From Myxococcota bacterium (GTDB taxonomy: Bacteria > Myxococcota_A > UBA796 > SXON01), in assembly GCA_040386535.1 (NCBI GenBank), contig JAZKFH010000067.1, forward strand, positions 32,001-96,000: 64,000 nt of DNA. Reading direction: 5' to 3'. How positions within the stretch are numbered: position 1 is the first letter of the stretch; the number at the start of each line of letters is the position of its first letter. The notes beneath the pieces are model-generated. The model did no database searches. It saw only the letters and a program-made list of their open reading frames with translations, and had not been told where the DNA came from. Positions 8,839 to 18,858 of the stretch are shown piece by piece. The position numbers and the translations under genes are program-made.

Positions 8839-11800
8839 GCGGGTCCATCGCCGGCTGGCTGACCGCGATCGGGGGCGATCGCATCGAGGCCTCGCCGCGC
8901 GAGCTCGCCGAGCTCCTCTGGTTGGGGGCGACCTTCGGGGAGGAGCTGCGACCGCGCACGCCGGTCGTCGCGCCGCTGCCGCCGGTCGCGGGGAGCGCGC
9001 CGCCGCCTCCGCTGGCGGATCCGCTGCCGGAGGGCGCGAAGGTGGAGGTGTCGCTCGGCCCGCCGGGCCCGGAGGTGCCCGCACCGGGCGAAGGCGGCAT
9101 GCAGACGGTCCAGGCCAGCCTCAAGCGGCCGGAGCGCCGCAAGGAGCGGCTGCTCCTCTCCCGCGCGTTCCATCGCCTCGGCTCCGTCGAGCTGGTGGGC
9201 CGCAACGAGCTCGACGTCGCGGCCACCGTGCGCCGCTCGGCCGAGACCGACGCGCTCCTCCTGCAGTACCGGCGGGGGCCCGCGCGCGCCACCGATCTCC
9301 TCCTGCTCGAGGACGCCGCGGGGCAGATGGAGGTTTGGCGCGAGCAGGTCCGCGCGCTGGCGACCGCGGCGCGGGCGTCCAACCGCTTCGGCCGGGTCGT
9401 CCACCAGCCGGTCGATCTCAGCGGGAGCGGCATCGCGGTCCCGGTGACGCTCCCGGGCCGCACGCCCGTGACCCGCATCGACATCGGCGAGCCCGGCAGG
9501 GCGCTGCTCGTGCTCGTGGTGACGGACGGCCTGGGCCGCGGCGTCCCCACCGGCGGCGTGCTCGAGCTGCTCGACACGCTCCACGTCGACGCGTCCGTGG
9601 CCTGGCTCCACCCGTGGGGCCCCGGGCGCTGGGAGGGCACCTGGGCGGGCCGCATGCCGTGGGCGCCCCCCGGCGTGTTCCGGCGCGGACGGCCGGACAC
9701 CGCCGTCGGCGTGCCGCTCGTGCCCCTCGCCTCCGCCGGGCTCGACGCCCTCGAGGGCTGGGCCCAGGGCCGCGCCGCGCGCGGGCTCTACGCAAAGGCC
9801 TGGCGCCGCAGCGGCCCCCCACCGGCGCGGGGCGCCGGGGCCGCCACCCCCGCGGCTCCCGCCACCCCCGCCGAGCGAGCCGCCGCCTTCGAGCGCGGGG
9901 CCGAGCCGGAGAGCTGCGCGCTGCTCGGCCTCGCGGCAGCCGTCCCCGGAAACATCGACGTCGACCTGCTCATCGCGCTGGGCGGCGCCTTCGCGGTGCC
10001 CTTCCAGCGGTTCCACCTCGCACAGGCGCTCACCTCGGGGCTCCTCGAGCGCGTCGGCACCGAGGAGCCGCTCCTCGTCCGGTTCCGCGGCGACGCCGCT
10101 CGGCGCGCCGCGCTGCGGTGGACGGCGCGGCAGGATCTCCCCGGCGTGATGCGCTTCCTGCTGGGGATGCTCGAGCGCGGCGAGGGGCGCGACCGTCTGG
10201 GGATCGACATCGATCTGTTGCTGCACGGGTTGGGAGAGGCAGACGCTCCCGAGGCGCTGGCGGGAGACGGAGCGGCGGCGTTGCGGGCGATCGTGGAGGT
10301 GGGAGAGTTGGGAGGGGTGCGGAGGGGGGTGGGGGGGATCGTTGGGAGAAATCCCTTCAACGTGTTCTCGCCTGCCGTGGGCCCCGCGGGGTTCGTCGGC
10401 AGGGAACGGCTGCTCGACGCGGTGTGTCAGTCGCTGCGGGATCCGGAGCGGGAGGGGGTGGTCCTCCATGGCCCGCGCCGCATGGGCGTGACCTCGCTGT
10501 TGCGCGTGCTCGAGACGCGGGTGGAGGGATGGGGCACGCACGTGGCGGTGTACATGAACATGTCAGGCGAATCGGATCCCGTGGGGTTCGTGCGTCTACT
10601 CGTCGGCAGCATCTCCCGCGCCTACGAACTCCCGCCGCCGCTGTTCGGGGACGGCGCGGTGCGGACCGTCCTGACGGAGTGGCTCCCGGGCGTCTTGGAA
10701 CGCAGCGGCAGGCCCCTCGTGGTGTTCCTCGACGAGATCGCCCGGGTCGCTTCCTGGGGGGAGTCGAGCGGCCTCCTCGAGGCGCTCCTCGTGTTGCGGG
10801 AGCGCGCGTGGTCCCGGCTCAAGCTGGTGTTGGCGCTCGACATGCCCCCGGCGGACCTTCACCTGGAGGCGGCGCAGCTGCTCAGGGGGTTCGAGACACA
10901 CCGCGTGGGGCTCCTCGATCGGGAGGACACGTTGGCGTTGATCCGGGCGTCACGTGCGTCGCTCGATTGGACGGAAGACGCGATCGAAGAGGTGTGGCGC
11001 CTCACCGGAGGGCATCCGTTCCTGACGCAATACCTCTGCCGGAAGAGCTGGGCGCTGGCGGACGAGGAGGGGCGAGGTGGGGTGACGACGCAGGACGTGC
11101 GCGGCGCGGCGCGGGTTGCCGTGCGAGGCCCGGACCTGTTGGATTGGTGGTTCAATGGGCTGTCGCCGGAATGCCAGTCGGTGGTCCGCGTGATGGCGGA
11201 GCACGGAGATGAGCCGCTCGCGACCGCCGTGATCGAGCGCAGGCTGCAGGGGAATCGGCTCTTCCGCTCCCCGGGTGGTCTCGCCGACGCCATCGCCCGC
11301 CTCGGGCACGAGGAGATTCTTGCCACAACCGGCTCGTCCGTGCAGTTCAAGATCGGGCTCTTCCGCGTGTGGGCCCGAGAGCGGGCTGCGCCCGGCCCGC
11401 CCCCCCGCGCGGTCGAGCCGCCCCAACGGTGGGTTCTCGTCGCGGGCACGGCGGAGCCCGATCTGCCGCCCGCGGTCAACGCGGCGGCGGAGGCGCTCGG
11501 GCGCGCGCTAGCGTCGGCGGGCTGGGGCGTCGTCACCAACGGGTGGCACGGCGTCGATCACGTAGTCGCGCGGACCTACCTGGAGCACGGCGGCGCTCCC
11601 GGCGGGCTGCGCCAGATCGTCGAGCCGCCGCGCGCTGCGGACTTCCGGGGCGCCGCGAGCGAGCGGGGTGATCAAGAGCTCTCTTCGGAGTGGTCAGCGC
11701 TCGGGCTCGTCGACGCCGTCGTCGTGATCGGGGGGCGGACGTGGACGCGCCAGCTGGTCGACTCCGCACAGGGACTTGGCGTTCCGGTGGTCCCCTTCGT

Positions 11801-13421
11801 CGGCTCAGGCGGGGTGGCTACGGAGCTGAGCCCGCGCCGGATGGCGCTGGCGGAGGCTCCGGCCGAGGCGGTGTTGCGTGAGCTGCAGGCGGTGCCCCGG
11901 CGGATCATCCGCGAGGACGCCCTGCTGCGCCCGGCGACCGAGTACCTCGCGCCCCAGTCGCTCCGCGCGGCGGACGCGCGAGCGGCCACTCTCCGCGCCC
12001 GGCTCGAGCTGCCGGATCCCCGCGATCGCTTCGACGTCCACGCTGCGCTCGCGAGCCCTCGTTCGCCCGAGCGCGTCGTCGCCTACATCGCGCTCGGATC
12101 CTGGCCCCGCGGCGCCGACTGCCGGGCCCTGGCCGAGGCCCTCGCGCGCGAGCCAGACCGGGCGCTCGCCGCGGGCGGCGAGACGCGCCCCCTCTGGCAG
12201 GGCCTCGTCGCCCTGGGCTCCCACTTCCACGTCACCGCCATCCCCGACGATGACCGAGGCCACGCCCTCGGGGTGCTGCAGCGGCTCGGCGATCGCCTCC
12301 GCGAGGAGCGCACCCTCGATCCGGGCGGGGAGGCAAAGCGGCAAATCGCAGAGTTGCTCGATGAGTGGGCCCCTCAGCCCGTCCGCGGTGTCGAGGAGAG
12401 CCTCCGACGGGAGGCGGACGAGTACGAGCGGATTCGGCGCGACGCGAAGGGCGCCGCTCGCGTGCGCCTCATGAACGAGCTCCGCGCGCGCGTGGCCGGA
12501 ATCGCGCGTGACGCCCAGCTGCCGGCGTCCTTCCTGCACGAGCTGTTCCGCGCGGGCACACCGGGACGTCGCCTCGTCGCCTTGGCCGCGTGCGAGGGGC
12601 GGCCGGGGGTCGCGCCGCCTGAGGTCGTGGCCGCGGGGATCGCGACCCCACTCAAGCGCTTCGAACAGTGGGCCGCTGTAAACGCTGCCGCCGCCCTCGA
12701 GGCGGAGCGCCATCCCTTCGAAATCGACGCAATCGTGGGCGCGGTGGTGGACCAGCTGCGCGACCCCGACAGTCTGCTCAACGACTCGAAGGACGCCAGT
12801 CGGCGCAACGTGGCGCTGCCGCTGCTGCGCGCGTACCAAGACAAGATCGGTCTCCCCGGTCCACTGGACCTCGCGGCGCTGATGGAGTGGCTCGCCGCAG
12901 GGCGCCACCAGGCCACGAAGCCCGCGGTCGTGTTCGGCAGCGGCGCGGCGCACGCCACGCTTTGCCGCGCCCTGGGCGTGCGGCTAGCCGAGCGAGGATG
13001 GCGGCTCTTCTGCGGCGACGGCCGGGGCGTGGGGCGCGAGGTGCTCGCCGGCTTCCGGAGCGTGAAGGCCGCCGAGGGTCGCTCCCGCCGTCTCACCGCC
13101 CACGAGTTCGACCTCCTGGCAGGCGCGGGACACCCGGGGCAGTCCGTCGCCGACTTCGCCGGTTATGTGATTGTCATCGGTGGGCGGATGGGGACGGCTG
13201 CGGAGTGCGAGGCAGCCCTCGCAGCCGACCTGCCTGTCCTGGCCCTACCGTTCACCGGGGGCACCGCCCAGGCGTTAGCCGGTGCGGCCAACGCGGCGCT
13301 GCACGCGCGCGGCGTAAGCCCAAGGCTACTCGGTCTCCTCGGCAGCGAGCCGAAACACGGCGCGTACGAGGTCGAGCGCCTGCTGAGCCTGGTGGCCATG
13401 CGGGCCGAGCGGCAGGGGTGA
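8835..13421 (+). CDS. SAV_2336-like/vWA N-terminal domain + STAND-type NTPase + two SLOG domains
   Basis: SPRELAELLWL, LDVAATV, LVLVVTDG; RNPF..FVGRE..GPRRMGVTS..VFLDE..TGGHPFL; two SLOG-like units (LGRALASAGW..VVVIGG..PFVGSGG and LGVRLAERGW..IGGRMGTAAE..LPFTGG); ATGA overlap with MoxR. Confidence 0.8.
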   Translation: MSGSIAGWLTAIGGDRIEASPRELAELLWLGATFGEELRPRTPVVAPLPPVAGSAPPPPLADPLPEGAKVEVSLGPPGPEVPAPGEGGMQTVQASLKRPERRKERLLLSRAFHRLGSVELVGRNELDVAATVRRSAETDALLLQYRRGPARATDLLLLEDAAGQMEVWREQVRALATAARASNRFGRVVHQPVDLSGSGIAVPVTLPGRTPVTRIDIGEPGRALLVLVVTDGLGRGVPTGGVLELLDTLHVDASVAWLHPWGPGRWEGTWAGRMPWAPPGVFRRGRPDTAVGVPLVPLASAGLDALEGWAQGRAARGLYAKAWRRSGPPPARGAGAATPAAPATPAERAAAFERGAEPESCALLGLAAAVPGNIDVDLLIALGGAFAVPFQRFHLAQALTSGLLERVGTEEPLLVRFRGDAARRAALRWTARQDLPGVMRFLLGMLERGEGRDRLGIDIDLLLHGLGEADAPEALAGDGAAALRAIVEVGELGGVRRGVGGIVGRNPFNVFSPAVGPAGFVGRERLLDAVCQSLRDPEREGVVLHGPRRMGVTSLLRVLETRVEGWGTHVAVYMNMSGESDPVGFVRLLVGSISRAYELPPPLFGDGAVRTVLTEWLPGVLERSGRPLVVFLDEIARVASWGESSGLLEALLVLRERAWSRLKLVLALDMPPADLHLEAAQLLRGFETHRVGLLDREDTLALIRASRASLDWTEDAIEEVWRLTGGHPFLTQYLCRKSWALADEEGRGGVTTQDVRGAARVAVRGPDLLDWWFNGLSPECQSVVRVMAEHGDEPLATAVIERRLQGNRLFRSPGGLADAIARLGHEEILATTGSSVQFKIGLFRVWARERAAPGPPPRAVEPPQRWVLVAGTAEPDLPPAVNAAAEALGRALASAGWGVVTNGWHGVDHVVARTYLEHGGAPGGLRQIVEPPRAADFRGAASERGDQELSSEWSALGLVDAVVVIGGRTWTRQLVDSAQGLGVPVVPFVGSGGVATELSPRRMALAEAPAEAVLRELQAVPRRIIREDALLRPATEYLAPQSLRAADARAATLRARLELPDPRDRFDVHAALASPRSPERVVAYIALGSWPRGADCRALAEALAREPDRALAAGGETRPLWQGLVALGSHFHVTAIPDDDRGHALGVLQRLGDRLREERTLDPGGEAKRQIAELLDEWAPQPVRGVEESLRREADEYERIRRDAKGAARVRLMNELRARVAGIARDAQLPASFLHELFRAGTPGRRLVALAACEGRPGVAPPEVVAAGIATPLKRFEQWAAVNAAAALEAERHPFEIDAIVGAVVDQLRDPDSLLNDSKDASRRNVALPLLRAYQDKIGLPGPLDLAALMEWLAAGRHQATKPAVVFGSGAAHATLCRALGVRLAERGWRLFCGDGRGVGREVLAGFRSVKAAEGRSRRLTAHEFDLLAGAGHPGQSVADFAGYVIVIGGRMGTAAECEAALAADLPVLALPFTGGTAQALAGAANAALHARGVSPRLLGLLGSEPKHGAYEVERLLSLVAMRAERQG

Positions 13422-13684
13422 TCCGACGCGGGTTCACCGGGCAAGCAGGAGCGGGGCTGGATTGGCGTGCGGCCGGCTCCGCCACTACGGCGCTTGTTGC
13501 CGCAGCGCATGGCGAATCCGAGGCGGGTCGTGAGGACGTGCGGCTCCTTCATCGTGCCGAGGGTGATAGAGAGTCGGCGAATCAAGATGAAAAAAACTGG
13601 CGGAGGGCTCCGGCTCCCGACCCCCGCGCCGCCCCTGTCGGGCACCCGTGACGCCGCACCGGCCTCTCGCCTCGGGCGCTCCCT

Positions 13685-14683
13685 CTACAGCTCGCCCCGC
13701 TGCGCGAGCCACGGCCGCCCGAGGAAGAACTGAAACGGCAGGTGGGCCCGGATCGACCAGGGATGCTCGTCGTGGCTGGCCTCGGGGAAGCTGAAGTGCA
13801 ACAGCTCGGCGCCGAGCCGAAAGCCCCTGCGCATGAGAAGGTCCCGCATGGCGTTGGTCGTCTCGTAGTTGTCGCGCGCCCCGCCGCTGTCGAGGTAGAT
13901 GAGGATGTCCGGCCGCGGCTCGGCGGCGATGCGCTCGAAGAGGTCGTCGCGGTACCCGAAGGTGCTGGAGAGGCATGCGGCGCGGCCGAACAGGTCGGGC
14001 CGGCTCCATGCGAGGTGCAGTGAAGCCACGCCTCCGAGCGAGGAACCCATCACGACGGTGTCCCTGGGGCCGGGGCGGGTGCGCAGGCGGGCGTCCACCA
14101 GCGGCTTGAGCCGGTCTGCCATGAAGCGTGCGTAGGCATCATACCCGGGCATCGTGTACTCACGCATCCGGTCGGCCGGGGCCACCCCGACCACGAGTGC
14201 TTTGCGGAGAAGGGCCAGATCATCGAGGCAGTCCAGGGTCTCGTCGACCCGCCACTCCTCCCCCTGGAAGACCTCCTGAGGGAAGAAAAGGTTCTGACCG
14301 TCGTGCATGTAGATGACGGGGTAGCGGCGAAGCGTGTTCTCGTCGTAGCCGGGGGGATGGTAGACGCGGATCGCGTGCACACCGGACTCGGCTTGCAGAT
14401 GGATCACGTCCGACAGGCGGCCGCGCGCCTCGGCGTAGAAGAACGGGAAGAGCAGCGGCTCGGGCTCGGTCGCCCTGATGACGTAGTTGGCGCCGCGCGC
14501 CCAGCGGATCGCGTCCCCCTCCCTGATGCAAGGCCTGAGCGCGAGGGTTGGGCTGTCCATCTCGATCGTGAAGCGGGCGCCGGTGGCCGACACCTCGGAC
14601 GGTAGGATGTCCCGTTCCCAGTCGGCCTCCGTACGCAGTACCAACTGACCAGCGGCGAGGGGGTAGGTGACGGAGATGTGCAT
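13685..14683 (-). CDS. alpha/beta hydrolase, putative esterase family
   Basis: YPVIYMHDGQNLF, GSSLGG nucleophile elbow, IYLDSG, HDEHPW. Confidence 0.9.
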   Translation of the reverse strand: MHISVTYPLAAGQLVLRTEADWERDILPSEVSATGARFTIEMDSPTLALRPCIREGDAIRWARGANYVIRATEPEPLLFPFFYAEARGRLSDVIHLQAESGVHAIRVYHPPGYDENTLRRYPVIYMHDGQNLFFPQEVFQGEEWRVDETLDCLDDLALLRKALVVGVAPADRMREYTMPGYDAYARFMADRLKPLVDARLRTRPGPRDTVVMGSSLGGVASLHLAWSRPDLFGRAACLSSTFGYRDDLFERIAAEPRPDILIYLDSGGARDNYETTNAMRDLLMRRGFRLGAELLHFSFPEASHDEHPWSIRAHLPFQFFLGRPWLAQRGEL

Positions 14684-15010
14684 CCCGGCTGGATAACCGG
14701 CTCACCGACGCCTCGACGGGTGAGCCCGCGGCTACAGGAAGCCCTCGCTGCGGATCTGGTCGCTGTAGGCGGCAGCTGCCGTCACGGCGCCGGTTGCGTC
14801 GGACAACTCCGCGGGTGACAGTCAGCCAACGGCCACCCCCGACCGCCGGGTGCGACTCGGGGACGGCCTGTCGCCCGCGACTCTATGAGGACCACCAGAA
14901 CGCCCCGCCCGCCACCAACTAAGGACCACCGCCCGGCCTCGATCTAGGGACCACCAGCGGCCTCCTCATCGCCGGCGTGCGTCGACGCAGCCCTCGAGCT
15001 GGGGTTCGTC

Positions 15011-16579
15011 ATGGCGTTCCGGGAGCTGTCGGTGATCGTGATTCGGGAGATCCTTCGAAGGTGGCAGGCCCGGGAGGGTCTGCGTACGGTCGCGGCCGCC
15101 ACGGGCACGGATCGCAAGACCGTTCGGCGCTACGTCGACGCCGCGATCGCACGCGGTCTCCAGCGGGAGGGCGGCCGGGCGCTCGACGACGAGTTGGTCG
15201 GCCAGATCGTCGCCGATGTACTCCCTGGCGCGCCTCCCCGGGTCGGCGAGATGCGAGCGCTGTGCCGGGAGCACCGCGACCGCATCTCGACCTGGGTGGA
15301 CGAGGGCTGCCTGGCGCCGAAGATCGCGCGGCTGCTGCAGAGCCACGTAGGCGTCGTGGTGCCGGCGCGCACGCTCAGCCGCTTCATCGCTGAGGAGCTG
15401 CCCCAGCGCCGTCCGAAGGGCACCGTGCGCCTGGTCGAGCCACCGGCCGGGGAGGTGCTGGAGATCGACTTCATGGAGGTTGGCACGGTCGACATCGGCG
15501 GCGAGCCGACGAAGCTGAACGCGCTCGTGTGCGTCGCCGCATTCAGCCGGCATGCGTTCGTGTGGCCCTGCCTCGGCATGACCCTCGACGATGTCATCGC
15601 GGGACTGGAGGGGGCCTGGGCGTTCTTCGGGGGCGTCTTCCGCGTCGTGATCGCCGACAACCCGAAGCCGATCGTCACCCGGGCCGACCCGTTGAAGCCG
15701 GCGCTGAACGAGGGGTTCGCGGAGTACGCGCAGTCGAGGGGCTTCCTCGTCGACCTCGCGCGGGTCCGGCGACCGCAGGACAAGCCGAAGGTCGAGCGCA
15801 CCGTGGCGTACACGCGGTCCAGCGCGTTCGCGGGCGAGCGCTTCGTCGACCTCGCCCGCGCCCGACGCCACGCCGAGGGGTGGTGCCGCGACGTGGCCGG
15901 GCAGCGCATCCACGGGAAGACACGGAGGAAGCCGTTCGAGGCCTTCGAGGACGAGCGGCCGAAGCTGCTGCCGGCGCCCGAGGCGCCCTACGACCCGCCC
16001 ACGTGGGTCGAGCTGAAGATCGGCCGCGACCACGCGGTGACCGTCGCGAGCGCACTCTACTCGGTGCCGCATGGCTACCGCGACCGGACACTGCGGATCC
16101 GCTTCGATCGGAGCACCGTCAAGTTCTACGACCGCGGTGCCGTCGTGAAGGTCCACCCCCGCGCGGCGGTAGGCGCGAGCGTCATCGACCCCGCCGACCT
16201 TCCCGAGGGCCTCGGCGAGCTCGCCACGCGTGACGCCGAGAGCCTGAACGCGCGGGCCGCGAAGCATGGCGTGGCCGTCGGCGACTACGCGCGGCGTGTC
16301 CTCGAAGGGCCGCTCCCCTGGACGCGGGCGCGGCACGTCCACCGGCTGCTCGGGCTGTGTCGGACCCATGGCAACGCGGCCGTGGAGGAGGCGTGCAAGC
16401 GCGCGCTGGATCTCGACGTGGTCGATGTCACGCGGGTCCAGCGTCTCCTGGAGCGCTCGATTCCTTCATCGCCGCCGCCTCCGCCGCCGCGGGCCGCCAC
16501 CGCTCCCACCTCGAGCCGCTTCAGCCGCGACCCGAGCGAATTCCGCCTCACCCCGAGAGACACCCCTGATGCGACCTGA
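15011..16579 (+). CDS. istA: IS21 transposase IstA
   Basis: N-terminal HTH (DRKTVRRYV); DDE motifs LEIDF, IADNPK, KPKVER; LYSVP. Confidence 0.95.
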   Translation: MAFRELSVIVIREILRRWQAREGLRTVAAATGTDRKTVRRYVDAAIARGLQREGGRALDDELVGQIVADVLPGAPPRVGEMRALCREHRDRISTWVDEGCLAPKIARLLQSHVGVVVPARTLSRFIAEELPQRRPKGTVRLVEPPAGEVLEIDFMEVGTVDIGGEPTKLNALVCVAAFSRHAFVWPCLGMTLDDVIAGLEGAWAFFGGVFRVVIADNPKPIVTRADPLKPALNEGFAEYAQSRGFLVDLARVRRPQDKPKVERTVAYTRSSAFAGERFVDLARARRHAEGWCRDVAGQRIHGKTRRKPFEAFEDERPKLLPAPEAPYDPPTWVELKIGRDHAVTVASALYSVPHGYRDRTLRIRFDRSTVKFYDRGAVVKVHPRAAVGASVIDPADLPEGLGELATRDAESLNARAAKHGVAVGDYARRVLEGPLPWTRARHVHRLLGLCRTHGNAAVEEACKRALDLDVVDVTRVQRLLERSIPSSPPPPPPRAATAPTSSRFSRDPSEFRLTPRDTPDAT

Positions 16580-17327
16580 CCTCTCCCCCGAGCTGAAGCG
16601 CGCGATGAAGGACCTGCGCCTCGGCCAGCTCCTCCCAACGCTGCCCGAGCGCCTGCGCATCGCGCGCGAGCGGAAGCTCGACCCCGAGGACCTGCTCCTG
16701 ACCTTGCTCACGGACGAGACCCAGCGCCGCGCGCAGCAGCGTCATCGCGTGCGCGCCAAGGACGGCGGGCTGCAGCCCGACCTCGTGTTCGAGCGTTGGG
16801 ACCCCGCCGCGAAGATCACGTTCGACCGCCGCGTGATGGACGACCTGCGGCTGCTTCGCTTCGTCGACGAGCACCACCACGCGCTGATCATCGGCCCCGT
16901 CGGCGTGGGCAAGACCATGATCGCCCACGCGCTCGGCCACCTCGCGATCGCGCGGGACCTGTCCGTCCACTGCGAGACCGCCGAGAAGCTGCTCCACCGC
17001 CTGCGCGCCTGCCGCCTCGACGGCACGCACGAGCGTGAGCTCCGGCGCCTCACGCAGGTCGATGTGCTGATCGTCGACGACCTCGCTCTGAGGCCGATGG
17101 ACGCGCACGAGACGTCGGACCTCCACGCGATCGTTTGCGGCCGGCACAAGACGGCCTCGATGGTCGTGACCTCGAACCGCGACCCCTCCGAGTGGTTGGC
17201 GCTCCTCGCCGACCCGCTGCAGGCGCAGGCGCTGGTCGACCGTTTCGTGAACAGCGCCTACGACCTCGTGATCGAAGGCGAGTCGTACCGCCGTCGGCAG
17301 AAGCCCAAGGTCGGCGGCGAAGCCTGA
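16569..17327 (+). CDS. istB: IS21 helper ATPase IstB
   Basis: GPVGVGKT, LIVDDL, VTSNR, GESYRR; overlaps the end of istA. Confidence 0.95.
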   Translation: MRPDLSPELKRAMKDLRLGQLLPTLPERLRIARERKLDPEDLLLTLLTDETQRRAQQRHRVRAKDGGLQPDLVFERWDPAAKITFDRRVMDDLRLLRFVDEHHHALIIGPVGVGKTMIAHALGHLAIARDLSVHCETAEKLLHRLRACRLDGTHERELRRLTQVDVLIVDDLALRPMDAHETSDLHAIVCGRHKTASMVVTSNRDPSEWLALLADPLQAQALVDRFVNSAYDLVIEGESYRRRQKPKVGGEA

Positions 17328-17519
17328 GCTAAGCCAAGAGATCGGCGGATCCGAGAGAGGTTCGTTGCATCCGGTCTGCTTCCCTGCGGTCGCGGCCCTG
17401 GGGCGGTCCCTAGTTCATGGCCGGGTGGTCCCTGGTTCATGGCGCGCGGCCACCTTGGGGGAAGGAGGTGGTCCCTAGTTCGTGGCCTGAGGGTGGTCCC
17501 TTGGGAGTGGCCCTTGACA

Positions 17520-18548
17520 GACGGCCCTGTATGCGAACGCGGAAGGGGGGCCTTCGTCCCAACATTGACGCTCCCGGGCGTGACCGGCCTGTCCCGGTCG
17601 CCCGGCTGCGGGGAGACCGTCGCCTGGACGGCGGACGGACGAGGGTTCGTATGGTCAGACCCGAGCTTCGCTCGGACAAAGCGCGCCACCGAGCTCCAAC
17701 GCCTCCCACCCGACGTGCGGCAGCTCACCTTCACCGCGGACGGCAGCCACCTCGTCGCGCAGGGAGGGGGCGGGGTCTGGCTCCTCGACCCCGCGCCGGA
17801 CCTCTCCGAGTGGCGCCTCACGGGAAACCCGAACGTCGCCGCCAGCGCCGACGGGGCTCGGCGACTGTGGACGAACGACGAGGGCGAGCTTTGGTGGCAG
17901 GCCGACCTCGATTCGGCACACCGGGTCGAGGTCGCAGGGAGCTGGGACGGCGTCGACGTCTCCGCGGATGGCACGCGGGGGTTGGCGTTGGAGATGGGAG
18001 GGCGGGCGCTCCTGCTCCGATGGGAGGGCGAGGAGGGCCCGGTCGTCACGGAGGTCGACGCGGAGCCGCTCGGCAGCTGGTCCTCGTCAGGCCGAACTGC
18101 CGACATTGAGTTCGGTGACCACGGATGGGGCCCGCCGCTCCTCCGCCATCGGCAGCGCAGCGGCGAGGCCCCGTTCACCCTCGGACCCGGCGATACGGAG
18201 TTCCTACCGACCCTCGACGCGTGGCCCGAGATCGGCGCCGAGGCGGCGCGGACCGAGGTGCGCGCCCGTGTGGACCTCTCCGAGGAAGGAGCGCTCGTGG
18301 TGGCCAAACACACCGGCGACGTCCTCTTCCGGGTCCCGGTCGGGTTGCGCGTCTCGAGCCCCGTCCGACTCTCCGGCAAGAAGATGCTGGTCCGCTTCGG
18401 AGACGACGAGGTGCGCGTCTACCCCACCGATGTGTCCCCGTACCTCACGCGTGCGTGCGCGATGCTAATCGATCTCGAGTCGCCCGTCGTGCCAGAGGCA
18501 TGCACGGCTAGGGCCGATGCCAGCGCCACGGCTGGCCCCGGAAGGTAG
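17520..18548 (+). pseudogene. beta-propeller (WD40-like) gene remnant interrupted by IS21
   Basis: Repeated FTADG/SADG/TADG turns and DDEVRVYP; the same frame continues left of the IS (PDRRVRLG; LRIWSL followed by TAG at 14766). Confidence 0.55.
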
Positions 18549-18858
18549 TTGCGCCCTGGTGAGCGGGTAGGACGTAAGGCGTGAGCAAGCCCGACGTGGC
18601 AGAAGCCCCTTCCCCGGCTGAGGTTCTATCGCGCGACGGTGACGGAACAGGCGGAGACGCGATTGCCGACCCGGCCAAAGCGACTCCGGCCCTCGAAGGG
18701 CACGGAGGCCCCGACTGGGACCGTCTTGGTGGTCAGCGCTACGGTCGAGCTCGACCAGGATGCGGTCCTGCGCCGACTCCTGTGGCCTGGGAAACGTTCA
18801 CAATCCACCTCGGCTCGGAGCCTGCGGTGTTGGCAGCGTGACCTCGCCTCCCCGAACC

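Larger units (their letters stand above)
14869..17519 (+). mobile_element. IS21 family insertion sequence, complete
   Basis: TGTC...GACA ends with imperfect IRs (TGTCGCCCGCGACTCTATGAGGACCACC vs TGTCAAGGGCCACTCCCAAGGGACCACC); several subterminal GGACCACC repeats at both ends; 7-bp direct repeat GACGGCC at 14862-14868 and 17520-17526; istA-istB inside. Confidence 0.95.

Noticed and set aside
6259..13421. Canonical Thoeris system
   Set aside because: TIR and SLOG are present, but there is no SIR2 or Macro-TM ThsA; the organisation is that of a MoxR-vWA ternary system.
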